A DNA stretch of 63,932 nt, the filler included, from Octopus bimaculoides (Eukaryota), in the NCBI RefSeq assembly GCF_001194135.2. It is 6 parts of 6 records of this genome, joined end to end, with 100 filler letters (N's around TTAATTAATTAA, not from the genome) between each part and the next. Parts side by side here need not be neighbours in the genome. Positions count along the whole stretch, not along the records: positions 49,428 to 55,598 come from NC_068982.1; positions 55,699 to 62,170 come from NC_069008.1; 4 more parts are not named here. One strand, written 5' to 3'. A program made the translations under genes and the position numbers. Below the pieces are notes generated by a model. It searched no databases and was not told the origin of the DNA. It saw only the letters and a list, made by a program, of their open reading frames with translations. Within the stretch, counting starts at the first letter, position 1. Each line of letters starts with the position of its first letter. Positions 49,830 through 62,270 of this stretch are shown here, piece by piece.

Positions 49830-52019
49830 ACTTCAATCAATGAGGATATCCATCATAGCAAGCAGACCAGCATGCTAGTGGATCTCTTCATTTCTAATTT
49901 TGTCAAACAGTGATGTTCATATTCTCTCAAGGCTGTCTCATTGTGTATGCATGTAACTTGTCGACTTGAGCTTTATAGACTGTTCAGCACTATGCAGCAG
50001 AGAAGAAAGCATTGTAGCACGGTGCATGGTATACTCTACATTTGATCTGTGTCATATATATATATAGAATAAAATCAAATAATTTTGAGGTCATGGACAT
50101 GTAGCTTATATAACTATTAAACAAAAGGATCCTAGAATGTATTCTTTGAGAACATTAGTGTTGGGAAGTAGATGAGGGGATATTTTACAGTTATATACCA
50201 GAAATTGATACCAGTTAGGGATGTAAAAGTAGAAAATTTGATGAGTCTGATGTTTTTTTCTGTAATCAGGCAGATTAGTGCTAAAGTTAGCTTTATTTCT
50301 CCTTTGCCATACTACTAAGTTACTGGGATGTAAACAAACCAACACTGGTTGTCAAGGTGGAGGTGATAAAAGCAAACAAAAAGTCATGCACAACACACAC
50401 ACACACACACATATACATTCATCCGTCTGTATGTATATACATATATGCATATCAACATTTGTACATACATGCATACATCTATACATACATACATACATAC
50501 ATACATATGTACGTACGTACATACATACATACGTATGTACGTACGTACATACATACATACATACATATATACATACATGCATGCATGCAGTTACAAAGTG
50601 CACTTCTTAACCACATAACAATGCCTGCATCTAATGGTGATTATTTAATTTCATTTGAATTGTCACAGTTTTTATTTGTTCCGACTTATCAAATTTTAAA
50701 AAAACCAAAAAACATTGTGAAATAAATCATGTGACCAACAAAATATTTGAGTGAAATTCCTAAAATAAGCAATTTAATAGACTGGAAATTTTATAAGAAA
50801 ATCAGTTAGTAACAATATTTTGAGAACACAAACTATTATTCATTAAATGTAACAGTAATCAGTCACAAATTCATTGTTCTCAATCTGAAGTTGATCGCTG
50901 TCAAAATCACCCGTGCATACAAGCTCACTACCTTCTCACTTTATATTTTCATTAAATAATTATGAAGCAATTCATGCATACCTTGTGGATCATATGGTGG
51001 ACAACAAAAATTACTTTGAGCTACTGCTTTCTCTTTTCTCCTTTTCTTTTTTCAGAATGTTAGTTGTGATTTCACAAATGTATCATTCAGAATGAGAGCA
51101 TTTAAGCTTCAGGTCCTCAACATTAAAACTGTTCTTAATATAGAAAATTAGGCTACCATGTTTGTTTTGGTTTCTAACAGCTTGACTGTGGGAAACAGCT
51201 ATAGCTGTCTATTTTTAGATTATTATCCTCAAAATCTTCAGGTATGTAGCATTCCAGAGAGTACATTAAAATTTATTTTAAAACAAAAAATTGATGTGTG
51301 TGTGTGTGTCTGCTTCTTCCTTTCCTACTTTTNNNNNNNNNNNNNNNNNNNNNNNNNNNNNNNNNNNNNNNNNNNNNNNNNNNNNNNNNNNNNNNNNNNN
51401 NNNNNNNNNNNNNNNNNNNNNNNNNNNNNNNNNNNNNNNNNNNNNNNNNNNNNNNNNNNNNNTGTGTGTGTGTGTGTGTTGCTCAATACCACACAGATGA
51501 GAAAGCAATGCTCAATACATTAAAATTGAAGCTGAGGGTTTGTCTCAGGACTTGAGTTTCATATTACTGCAACCCTCAGGTAAAACAATCCTCTGAGTTT
51601 TACCTGAAGATCACAGTGGCATGAAACTTAAGTTGCAAGACAAACTTTCTGCTTAATTACATATATGTATATATATTTCGCTTTTATATTATACTATGGA
51701 AGACAGCAGGGAATATGATTTTTGTATGACTTAATGGATTGGTCACTGTTTATTTATTGGTTGTAATTTACTTATTGAATTTATTTACTGATATGGTTGA
51801 ACATAGGGTAAATGTGTTTAAAAGTTGTGGTTTCTTTGATACGTTTGTTCCCAAACAACACTTATTTTAGTGCTGTTGACACCACCAGATTGAATGGTAT
51901 TGCCCAGGTGTCGAAACCATAATGATATCCATGGGGCAGCTGATGATGAAAGATTGTTGGATTGTTGGTTTGGCTAATTTTGTATATGTGGAACAGTATT
52001 AGAACACATCCTTTTGATT

Positions 52020-52058
<39 letters not shown>

Positions 52059-52400
52059 GTTTAACGTCCGCTTTCCATGCTAGCATGGGTTGGATGATTT
52101 GACTGAGGACNNNNNNNNNNGTCCGCTTTCCATGCTAGCATGGGTTGGATGATTTGACTGAGGACTGGCAAGCCAGAAGGCTGCACCAGGTTCCAATCTG
52201 ATCTGGCAGAGTTTTTACAGCTCAAAGCCCTTCCTAACATCAACCACTCCGAGAGTGTAGTGGGTGCTTTTACGTGCCACAAGCACGAGGGCCAGTCACA
52301 TGGTACTGGCAATGGCCACACTCAAAAAGGTGTTTTTTACGTGCCACCTGCACGGAAGCCAGTCCAGCGGCACTGGCAACGACCTCGCTCAAATGATTTT
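52059..52400 (-). mobile_element. SINE-like non-autonomous retroelement family R with (GAT)n tail
   Basis: Minus ...GGTTGATGTTAGGAAGGGC...CATGCTAGCATGGAAAGCGGACGTTAAACGATGATG; second copy at 53120. Confidence 0.8.
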
Positions 52401-53119
52401 CTAATGTGCCACCAGCACAAGTGCCAGAAGGCGACCCTGGTCACCCAGGGATCTAAGTGTAGGAAGTTTGTAAGCTTCAAGCAGTCCATGGTAAGTACAA
52501 GAAACAACGTTCAAGAACAATGATAATTTCTTAATGTCAAAGGTTGTAAGCTTTTCTCAAATCGAAGTTTGATAAGCTGAAAAAACTTTTTATACCACAA
52601 GGTTAGCAACTTGAGTTGCCATGATCACGAATAAAAATCCAAGTTGAAGGAGTGGAACAGGTAAAATCGAGGCTACATATGTTTCCTAGGTAGCAGATCC
52701 TCTGATGAAATAATTACTCATTGAGGGGTGTTAAGCTAGGTTCTAACCAGGTCAAAGATACTTAATTATATGAAGGTTACATTATCATGAAGGAATCCCA
52801 AGTTAACTCACTGAAGACATCTTCATATAATTAAAGTATCTTTGGCCTGCTGAGTGGATATCTGAGAACCCCTCATTGAGTATTACTTCAAAGGATTTGC
52901 TTGCTAGGAAACATATGTAGCCTGNNNNNNNNNNNNNNNNNNNNNNNNNNNNNNNNNNNNNNNNNNNNNNNNNNNNNNNNNNNNNNNNNNNNNNNNNNNN
53001 NNNNNNNNNNNNNNNNNNNNNNNNNNNNNNNNNNNNNNNNNNNNNNNNNNNNNNNNNNNNNNNNNNNNNNNNNNNNNNNNNNNNNNNNNNNNNNNNNATA
53101 TATATATATATAACCATTT

Positions 53120-53338
53120 AAGCATGGTTGATGTCAGTACCGCCTGACTGGCCTTCGTGCCAGTGGCACGTAAAATGCACCCACTGCACTCTCAGAGTGG
53201 TTGGCATTAGAAAGGGCATCCAGCTGTAGAAACTTTGCCTGATGCAGCCTCCTGGCTTGTCAGTCCTCAGTCAAATCGTCCAACCCATGCCAGCATGGAA
53301 AACAGACGTTAAACGATGATGATGATGATGATGATGAT
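53120..53338 (+). mobile_element. Family R copy
   Basis: GGCATTAGAAAGGGCATCCAGCTGTAGAAAC...CATGGAAAACAGACGTTAAAC(GAT)n. Confidence 0.8.
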
Positions 53339-53342
53339 TTAT

Positions 53343-53384
<42 letters not shown>

Positions 53385-54129
53385 TCGTGATACCGCAATT
53401 TATTTTTAAAGGTGGTGCTCCAACATGGCCGCAGTCTAATGACTGAAACAAATAAAAAAATATATAAATATATATATACACTATGAGGATATTTAAACCT
53501 CTTATAGGGGATAGTTTTATCCAAGACACCCTGGTTTGATATGTTTTATTTTGAAGAGATATTTCTGTTGGGGTACTTCAATTGATCAAAATGTAAACTT
53601 TGTAATGTCCATTTTGCTCTGAATATCCTACACCCAGGGCTCTCAAAATGTAAACTTATATCATAATATATGTTTTGTAATTTAAATTGGGTGTGAAATG
53701 AAATAATTGTAGGCAATATTAAATAATAAATTAATTTATATCCATTGAATTTCTCCATTTTAAAACTTATTAACACTCTGTTTAACCCCAAATGTAAAAC
53801 CAATTGGTAAGATCAGCCATGATGGATATATAATACTGTGCACCTGGATTAATATACTCACTCTACTGACAGATGTACAAATCCATATTTTCCTGACTCA
53901 AGGACTCTTAGATGGTTAACACACACACACACACATGCACACACACATGAGTATGTACATGTACTTATGTATGTATATATGTATGTATGTAGGTATGTAT
54001 GTACATATGTATCTATGTACATATGTATCTATGTACATATGTATGTATGCACAAGGTATCCCAAGAAAAATGTATCTATTCTTTAACCCCTGATAGCTCA
54101 TTTAATTTTCAAGTTTTCGTTTCTTATAG

Positions 54130-55250
54130 ATGAAACTTATTAGAAATAATGAAGGGAGCCAAACTAAATTTGAATAAAGGAAATTTATCTCAAAGCTTTA
54201 TTGGAAGTTTGAAAATGTAGTCAAAAGTGCAAGTACACTTCAGGGAGTTTTAAACAGATCCACCAACACCACTCACATCAGAGATAAGTTTAAAACAGAT
54301 AGAACTGTTCAGAATGTCCACAAGAGACATTCCAGAACACCATGTTACATTGACAAACCTCACAAAGCAAGAAAGGGCACTAGAAATGTATTGCCAGTGT
54401 TCAAGAAAATGTGTGACAAGTAAGTCATAAGATAGGGATTTCAAAATTAAGCACCCATTGAATTTTGAAAAGCTGTTATTGGAAAAATTACACTCCAAGA
54501 ACAAGCTGAGTTTTCAATGATGATGATCCAGACTGAAGAGTGTAATTTTGAGGGGTGTACTAGGCAAGATGTATTGAAGAGATGTGTAGAAGATGCATTA
54601 TTTCCAACAAATACGGCTACATTTAAATTAAATGGCTAGATTAACTGTCACAATTGCACCTACCATAGACCTGACACTCTACATATATTGGAGGAGGAAC
54701 ATCATGTTAATTTACCAGGACTTAGAGTATGGTGTGACTTATAACCAAAAGGATTAATTGGACTGCTCTTTTTCAGCAGTTTTGTGACCGTTTCCATTTA
54801 CATGAATTTGCTGAAACCACCTGACATGCCGAGGATTCCAGAAGAGTTTGTTGATGTGGAATCTTATATATTCCAGCAAGATGAGGCACCCTTGTAGCAT
54901 CATAGTAATGTAAGGGCCTACCTTGACAAGTTCATTGGACCTCACAGCACAAAGCTTTTTTATTTGGGGGTACTTAAAAGATAAAATTTACTGTACAAAG
55001 TTGGCAACAGTTGACAAATTTTGGTTTGCCATTCAGTGAGGAAAGCTCACAAATACCAAACAAAATGTTTCTTGATGTTTACAATTCCCTTGCTTTGTGA
55101 TATCAGCTGTACCTGGAGCAGAATGGACATCAATTTGAAACAGGCAATAATAATAGAAATTAAATTCTGTCTGTAGATTCAATTAAATTTTGAAAATGAA
55201 ATGCATTTGATAAACATTGACTTTATGAATATACATTTTTGGGGGGAGAT
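54130..55250 (+). mobile_element. Decayed Tc1/mariner-superfamily transposase (DUF4817-type HTH)
   Basis: Frame-broken [60 protein letters not shown]. Confidence 0.8.
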
Positions 55251-55304
55251 TCTGATTACATATTCATTTTTTGCCCAAAGGTTTTTTTTTTTAATCTCAA
55301 TACC

Positions 55305-55598
55305 CTATGACTGGTGTAGCAGCATCATAGTCAACTGCTACAAAGGTAAAGGGGACGCTTTAGATACAAATAATTACAGAGGCATCAAGCTGTTAGATCA
55401 GGTTATGAAAGTTACAGAGAGGGTCATAGCCCAACTAATTAGGGAGCGAATCAATTTAGATGAGATGCAGTTTGGGTTCGTGCCAGGTAAAAGCACTACT
55501 GATGCCTTATTTCTAGTGAGACAGTTGCAAGAGAAATACCTAGCCAAGGATAAACCTCTGTACCTGGCTTTCGTTGACATGGAGAAAGCCTTTGACAG
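55305..55598 (+). mobile_element. RTE-clade LINE RT fragment, uninterrupted
   Basis: WCSSIIVNCYKGKGD..NYRGIKLL...MQFGFVPGKSTTDA..VRQLQEK....AFVDMEKAFD; cut by a scaffold spacer. Confidence 0.95.
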
Positions 55599-55698
55599 NN
55601 NNNNNNNNNNNNNNNNNNNNNNNNNNNNNNNNNNNNNNNNNNTTAATTAATTAANNNNNNNNNNNNNNNNNNNNNNNNNNNNNNNNNNNNNNNNNNNN
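55599..55698. other. Artificial scaffold-join spacer
   Basis: N44-TTAATTAATTAA-N44. Confidence 0.9.
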
Positions 55699-56112
55699 GA
55701 TTAAGATGGTTTTCCCTTTCGTGAGCCATTCAGGCATTGTCTCTGCCTCTGCTAGTATGTTGTTAAAGCTTTCTGCCAGCTTTTTATGCATTCCTGGCAG
55801 GTGTTTTAACCAGAAATTGGGGATCTTGTCGTGTCCAGGTGCCTTCCAGTTGCTTAGTCTTTGCACTGTCTGGGTGACCTCTTCAGTTGTTATAGGGGTC
55901 CAGAGTTGCTCAGGTGCTAAGTTCGTTGTCTTAATGGTCCTTTTTTGGGGTTGTTGCTTCACCGACCATATTTGTTTCCAGAATTCTTCCAGTTCTTCTG
56001 CTGCTGGTGCTTCAGTAATGTCTATTTTATTTTTACACAGTCTTTTGGGGTTGGATTTGAACTGTTTGTTTTGTTTAAAGAAACGTTGGCGTTTCTCATA
56101 CCGGAGGATCCT
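55699..56112 (-). mobile_element. R4/Dong-like element, RT N-terminal region
   Basis: RYEKRQRFFKQNKQFKSNPKR, EEFWKQIW, ITTEEV...SNWKAPGHDKIPNFWLK...PEWLTKGKTILI. Confidence 0.9.
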
Positions 56113-56224
<112 letters not shown>

Positions 56225-56389
56225 CGTAATCCCGAAAAATATCGTAAAGAGGGAACAGACAAAGAGATGGCCATAACAGACAGGCGGACATAACGCCCAT
56301 TATAGTAAGATAGCAAATCTGCCTATCTACGATGGGAAATAAAGGGATAATATCGTAAATCTAAACCCTCTAAATTCACGAACTATATG

Positions 56390-57230
56390 GTGGGGAAATC
56401 CAGAGATTTCAATCTTGTGTTTCCTAACTTGTTCAGTTTCCAGGCTTCTATTCTACTCAGATCATGTCTTAAAGTCTTCACTTTATTTTGTAGTCTCCTT
56501 TTCCACATTTGCTCTTTTCTAATCTTTCCTTATGGAATATCTAATCTCCTAGTAAATACTACCCCTCCTGAATAGATCAATAAGTTAGAGTCACCTATAT
56601 TTTTAGTCTCTATCCCACTGATATCAGAATCTACTTTCCTAGTCATATCTAGCAGCTTCCTTCTGTTGATACCTTTTAATGCTGACAATCTTTTTCTTTC
56701 TTCTTTACTCATTGCTTCCTGCGACTCATCTAAAATCTTCTGATTTTCCTCACTTAGATCGCTGGCGCCAATTGTTCCTTCATTGTTGGCAGTGCTATTA
56801 TCATTTTGTCTTTGGTTTGAACTGTATCTCTTATGTTGTTGTTTAACTTTTCTACTGCTGGGTCTTTCTTTCCCAATTCTCTTGTGATCTCTTCCACTTC
56901 CAATTCTGTCATCCACTTCTAACAGCATTAGCTTAGTCTACTAATCTCTGCTCAGTCACTTTAAACATACCCTTCTCTACCCAAAGTGTTAACATCCATT
57001 TTCTATAACCCCTTCTTTTAGATTCACTTTCTAAGTAGTACTTCATCACTATCCTGTTTTCTTCGCTGGTCCATTTCCTCTTTACTCTATTATCTGCTGA
57101 TGCTATTTTAGGAAAACAGCTGCGGTCAGTCTGCATCTGGACTGAGCCACTGCCGAGCGAAAGGCCTTCCCTTAAAGGTCCAGCCTCATTTTCGCTATTA
57201 CCACCAAGTTTCTGGGCAAACTTGTCTCAT
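56390..57230 (-). mobile_element. R4/Dong-like element, 5' coding region
   Basis: KRKWTSEENRIVMKYY...RGYRKWMLTLW..TEQRLVD (Myb-like N-terminus typical of R4) and NLLIYSGGVV. Confidence 0.8.
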
Positions 57231-57538
57231 AAACTGAGGTAAGGTAATGTTCGTTACCATCGTCATCACCACTTATTATTCGACACCTGGTAGTTTCAAG
57301 TTTCTAGTACATACCTTGCTGCACTTTCGTGTTGGTGAGGTGTGTGTAGTACTTTTGTTTTCGTTTGGGAAATATTGTATTGCATCAGTATGTTTTGTTA
57401 TGGGGTTTGTTTTGAGTCTTCTGTTGTATTAGTATTTGTGTTGTAAATTGTTTGTGCAGTGCAGGTTGTGTTCTTCTGTTGGATATTATTATTGTTGTTG
57501 TTGTTGTTGCTGCTGCTGCTGCTGTTATTGTTGTTGTA

Positions 57539-57720
57539 AAGGCGGTGAGCTGGCATAACCGTCCGTCTTCACGTTCTGAATTCAAATTCCGCCGAGGTCG
57601 ACTTTGCCTTTCACATTTCAGGATCGATAAATTAAAAACCAGTTGAGTGCTGGGGTCGATGTAATCGACTTACGCCCTCCTCGGATATTACTGACCTTGT
57701 GCCAAAATTTGAAATCATTA
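57539..57720 (+). mobile_element. SINE family M, internally deleted
   Basis: GGCGGTGAGCTGGCA head and GAGGTCGACTTTGCCTTTCA body. Confidence 0.85.
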
Positions 57721-57762
57721 TTATTGTTGTTGTTAATATTATCATCATGATTATTATTACAG

Positions 57763-57941
57763 ATAGTGAATGGGTTAAGGTCTATAGCATATCAATGGGA
57801 GCTGGTTCGAAAGTCTACAATTCTTTCCTCAATATAGGAAGCCCTTCAACATGGAACGTGGATAAATGCAACGGTGCCTTTTGTCCTAACTTCTTCCGAC
57901 ATCCCATTCTTGACATCTGGAGCCATCTCCCAGTTGATGAT
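57763..57941 (+). CDS. Coding exon A of an uncharacterised invertebrate domain protein (phase 1 to 0)
   Basis: TTATTACAG acceptor, GAT/GTATGT donor, 179 nt open: (D)SEWVKVYSISMGAGSKVYNSFLNIGSPSTWNVDKCNGAFCPNFFRHPILDIWSHLPVDD. Confidence 0.8.
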
Positions 57942-58119
57942 GTATGTATACACACACAAGCCTATACACACATACACTAATGCACATACATTCTTGCACA
58001 TACATACGCTTTATATGATAATTGTAATACTAATTTCTATCACAGACAGAAGTCTGGAAGTTTTCTAGGGGATGAGTCACTTGATTAAATGAACAACACC
58101 AGAGAATCATTGATATTTC

Positions 58120-58306
58120 CCAGCGTTTCAAACCATGGAAAAATGTTCAAATATGAATGAGAAGTAGCTCGAGGAATATAAACATCGAACACATATACAC
58201 AAGCTATGTGCTTTGCCAGTTGTGTATATGTGTTTGATATTGTTTATATCCCTTGGGCTGCTTTTCATTCATATTTTGAATTATTTTCCATGGTATGAAA
58301 CGTTGG
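58120..58306. repeat. Intronic foldback (arms about 83 and 87 bp, 17-nt loop)
   Basis: 58120-58202 pairs with 58220-58306; a third partial inverted copy lies at 58546-58590. Confidence 0.9.
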
Positions 58307-58739
58307 AACATACCAGCAGGTGGTTCTTACACCATTTTGCATATAGACAGCCATTTAGCTGTCGTTTTGGGTACGCAGTAGTGATAAGTCACAAAAATGA
58401 TGAAAAACATTAATATCTATCGCTCATGTAACGAGACCTGATGAGAGTTATCTCGCTTGTCTATGACTTCCAGATTTTTTAATACCAGGCGAATTCATGA
58501 GAATATATTCTCTTACTCCTATAATCGGAGCCTGCCCACGAACTGGCAAAACACATACTTTGTGTACGCGTGTTTGATATTGTTTATATATATATATATA
58601 TATATATNNNNNNNNNNNNNNNNNNNNNNNNNNNNNNNNNNNNNNNNNNNNNNNNNNNNNNNNNNNNNNNNNNNNNNNNNNNNNNNNNNNNNNNNNNNNN
58701 NNNNNNNNNNNNNNNNNNTATATGCGATGGACTCTCTCG

Positions 58740-59215
58740 TCGGTTTCAACGTATGAGGATCTGACAACCCATACTTTCTTTGTCTGTCACAATGCTTATG
58801 TTGAATGTGACATTTGAGTCCCGCCAACAATTTGCAAAAGAGCTTACAGATGCTGCAAGTATAAGGATTACGGGCCGGTTCAACCAATATATTTGCAGCC
58901 GCTTTTCCCCCTTTGCCTTGCACTTCTAAGCCTGTTAATGCTGGTTGCAACAAAGTTTCTTATACCATTTTGACACAACAATCCCCATTTTATTCGCTCC
59001 AAGGCTGTTTACTCAAAAGTCTTGTGCGCTATACTGACTACTGAGAGGTTACTCTTCAGCCTGTCCTTATATCTGAGCTATGGTCGTCCAACATTCTTGT
59101 GCTCACTCTCAAGCTGGCTGTGCATGAGGACTTTGGGGATTCTTTCGTCACTCATTCTGACAGCATGGCCAGCCCAGCGAAAATTGCGACTGTATAAGGG
59201 AGCTCTCGATTCCCC
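58740..59215 (-). mobile_element. RTE/BovB-like LINE 3' fragment
   Basis: FRWAGHAVRMSDERIPKVLM...GRP*LRYKDRLK and the CSICKLFCKLLAGLKCHIQHKH zinc finger. Confidence 0.9.
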
Positions 59216-59297
59216 CAATCTTACACTTGCTAAATACATATCACCCATCCCCACACTCGTACAAATACACTTTATCTATACTTTGTCGTTTTATCAG

Positions 59298-59461
59298 GTG
59301 AAACTGGTACTATACAAGAACAAAACTGTTGTAGTCACTGTGGTGTTTGATGGACGAAATTCAACTATTACAAACTGGTTCTCACACGAAAATTTGAAAA
59401 GTTCCCCATGGAATGATCTGACTGCGGTCAAACCTTCATATTTTTCAGTTACTGGAGATAG
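59298..59461 (+). CDS. Coding exon B of the same gene (phase 0 to 2)
   Basis: TTTTATCAG acceptor, AG/GTATGT donor, 164 nt open: VKLVLYKNKTVVVTVVFDGRNSTITNWFSHENLKSSPWNDLTAVKPSYFSVTGD(R); in frame with exon A. Confidence 0.85.
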
Positions 59462-59864
59462 GTATGTCGTTATTATCACTTTTTGTTTCTCAAATAATCC
59501 CAGATTAATTTTTTTGCATATATATCCACACTCAAGGATGAATACATAAAACTCTTTTTTGTATGCATCCTTTCAAGAAATATGTTAACCTTTGTTCTAT
59601 AAGCTTTTAAAACCCTGACGAGATTCTTCCCCAGATAGTTGAAAGTTATACCAATTCTTAGCATATGATCAAATGCTTAGAATTACATATCACTTGGGGG
59701 TGTGAATCGAAACATATATGTAGGTTTTTCGCCTCTGCCATTTCTTTTAGAGCTGTACAACATATGATTTATCTGTATTGTTATTATATAAAAAAAAAAA
59801 TCAACATCTTTATATCATACAAGTAAATTCTTCATATATTCATTTTCCTCCATTTTCTTCCTTT

Positions 59865-59916
<52 letters not shown>

Positions 59917-60510
59917 CCAAGAAAGAGGGGACAAATTTCAAAGGTCTGTCTTCATATTCACTCAATATATTTCAAAGCATCGGAATACTTTACAGCATAC
60001 ATAGGTGCACTCATATATACATGATACAATATAAAAATACATAAATCTATGAATGTACTTGCGAGGTTGTATGTCCGTATTAAAATCAATAAGGATATTA
60101 AAATATGCACATGGTGAATCCCAAAAGATGAGAATGCTGGTATAAAACGATTTTAAGAAGAATCTTCAGCTGGTATAAAGTCTGACGGCCGTTTCGAGAA
60201 AATATAGGTTGGTTTGAGCGAGTTAATTCCAGCCATAACAATCATCTACATGTCTCTCATCAGAATTAATCTGAAAAGATTTTTAAAAGGGTTTTCTAAA
60301 GCTTAAAGTTTTAAGCAACATGAGAAATTAAAGGATTTTAAAAATTCTAACGCTGTATTCAGGCGGATGATATAATAAGAGCTAAATTTACATGTTTAAA
60401 TAGATTATGAAGTTATATGTAATAGTGTTTTAAGATGAATCTAAATGCACAAAGAGTAAATAGGTTAAAATCATATAAACTAATTATTTTGGGGAAAAAA
60501 ATTAAAAGTT

Positions 60511-60614
60511 GCTAAATATTTATGTCTACAAAAAATAATAACATCCGATATGTATGCATACATACATACATACATATCGGGTGTCATTATTTTTTGTAGA
60601 CATAAATATTCAGC
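60511..60614. repeat. Inverted repeat centred on (CATA)n, probably outward-facing Tc1-like TIRs
   Basis: About 46-bp arms with 3 mismatches; TATCGGGTGTC terminus. Confidence 0.8.
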
Positions 60615-60759
60615 AGCTGGCCTAACAGCCCTTACCGTTTGTTTTCACCGTTCTGTCTAGTTTTTACTGTCTTGTTCTCACTGTCCTGTTCTTGTTTACA
60701 CTTTCACCCTCCGTAGAAAATTCCAAATTTTATTTAATTTGCTTGCGGGAAGGACTGTT

Positions 60760-61015
60760 CCAACGAAGTCGCGTATTGTCCTTGCCTTCCAAACGCGGAG
60801 TAGATGGAACAGGGACAACTGAAGAAGGGAAATATTCTTTATGTTGCATGTCTCATTTCTCTGTTTGTTTTTGTTTTTTTTCGTTGTTCGAAATAAGTTC
60901 GTTTTCTGTTTTCGTTTTTCGTTTCTCATTGTGTTTAACGTTTTTTGTGATGTCCTGTACCCATATATGCATGTATGTATACATATAGATGTAGGCATAT
61001 ACATATATGTATGGA
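60760..61015 (+). repeat. Dispersed repeat, homologous to 23590-23830 (-)
   Basis: See that entry. Confidence 0.65.
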
Positions 61016-61519
61016 NNNNNNNNNNNNNNNNNNNNNNNNNNNNNNNNNNNNNNNNNNNNNNNNNNNNNNNNNNNNNNNNNNNNNNNNNNNNNNNNNNNNN
61101 NNNNNNNNNNNNNNNNNNNNNNNATATACATATATACACGGGTGTATATGATTGTGTATAGAAGAATATATTACTCAAAGACATTCCAACTTTGATTTTC
61201 AGGTTTTATTTACAGTCTTGATATTATATAATGAAATGATAGAATACCAAATGTCCATTCTGGTTGAACTAGTACTTTCATGCATTAAACTATGCAATCT
61301 TCAGGTTCATGTATTAATGGTGACAGTTATGTTCTACAATTTACAACTGTGGCGAGATGGTTAAAATGTGTGTCTAAAATGCATTTGTATTGGCTCCAGA
61401 ATGGTAATTTTTACAAACTGTATTCTGACCAATCAGTGTGTGACATTACTAAATTACTTAAGTTGATTGGTGTTTGGTTTAGGCATCACGGTTTGTTGAA
61501 CATGTCAAGAGACATGTAT

Positions 61520-61915
61520 TTTGACCCTGGCCAAATCTTCAGTGATAATGGATTGAAGTGAACCGTAACTAATCGGCACATTTTCTGATAACTCATGGAT
61601 GGTGATTCGACGATTTCTTCTTACAGCTGCATGCACATCTGTGATGTTTTTCTCAGTTCTGCTGGTTGCGGGTCTCCCAAAACATTCGTCAATATTGACT
61701 TTTTTCAACCATCTTGGAAACAACTGAACCACTCGTACACTTGTGTGTGGATAATACACTCCTTTCCATACACTTTCTGCAACTTTGCATATGCCACTGA
61801 CAACTTTCTCTGTCGTGGTCAATGCGAGGATCACACGTTACAAGTAGTGCTGTAAACAGTGGAAGTGAGCTAGAACGTTAAACCTTAGTGCGCATGCACA
61901 GCAGAGTTCAAGGTC
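61520..61915 (-). mobile_element. Mariner fragment, same family as 33525
   Basis: FGRPATSRTEKNITDVHAAVRRNRRITIHELSE..ISYGSLQSIITEDL; shared 5' UTR. Confidence 0.9.
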
Positions 61916-62170
61916 ATAGATGTATCACCGATCCATCCCGCTTCTGTGCCCGGAGGTAGCCCACACACCCAGGCTCTTATCACCCTCCTCCCACAATAAG
62001 TGGGGAGGAACAAAATTTCTTGCCCCTCAAGGGGCATACTAGCAAATTTGCCAGCTTCCTCGGGTGTACCAAACAGCAACCATACCGTTGCATATTTGGT
62101 CCCCCGAGAAATAAATTTTATAGTTGGCAGGTAGTCTGCTAGCTCTTCCTCTATCCCATTCTTGTCGAAG
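61916..62170 (-). mobile_element. L1/Tx1-type ORF1 fragment
   Basis: FDKNGIEEELADYLPTIKFISRGTKYATVWLLFGTPEEA...LPTYCGRRVIRAWVCGLPP; the RV...G.PP motif is shared with 38030. Confidence 0.65.
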
Positions 62171-62270
62171 NNNNNNNNNNNNNNNNNNNNNNNNNNNNNN
62201 NNNNNNNNNNNNNNTTAATTAATTAANNNNNNNNNNNNNNNNNNNNNNNNNNNNNNNNNNNNNNNNNNNN
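62171..62270. other. Artificial scaffold-join spacer
   Basis: N44-TTAATTAATTAA-N44. Confidence 0.9.

Noticed and set aside
52066-52155. 45-bp direct repeat across a 10-N gap
   Set aside because: Unmerged contig overlap.
57115-57244. Possible exon ending at GAG/GTAAGG (57239)
   Set aside because: Antisense to the R4/Dong 5' region and its donor position gave no recognisable link to exon A.
61300-61400. Candidate next exon (phase 2) of the spliced gene after CTTCAG
   Set aside because: In-frame TAA after 3 codons and no YGGC/D.GW-like motif.
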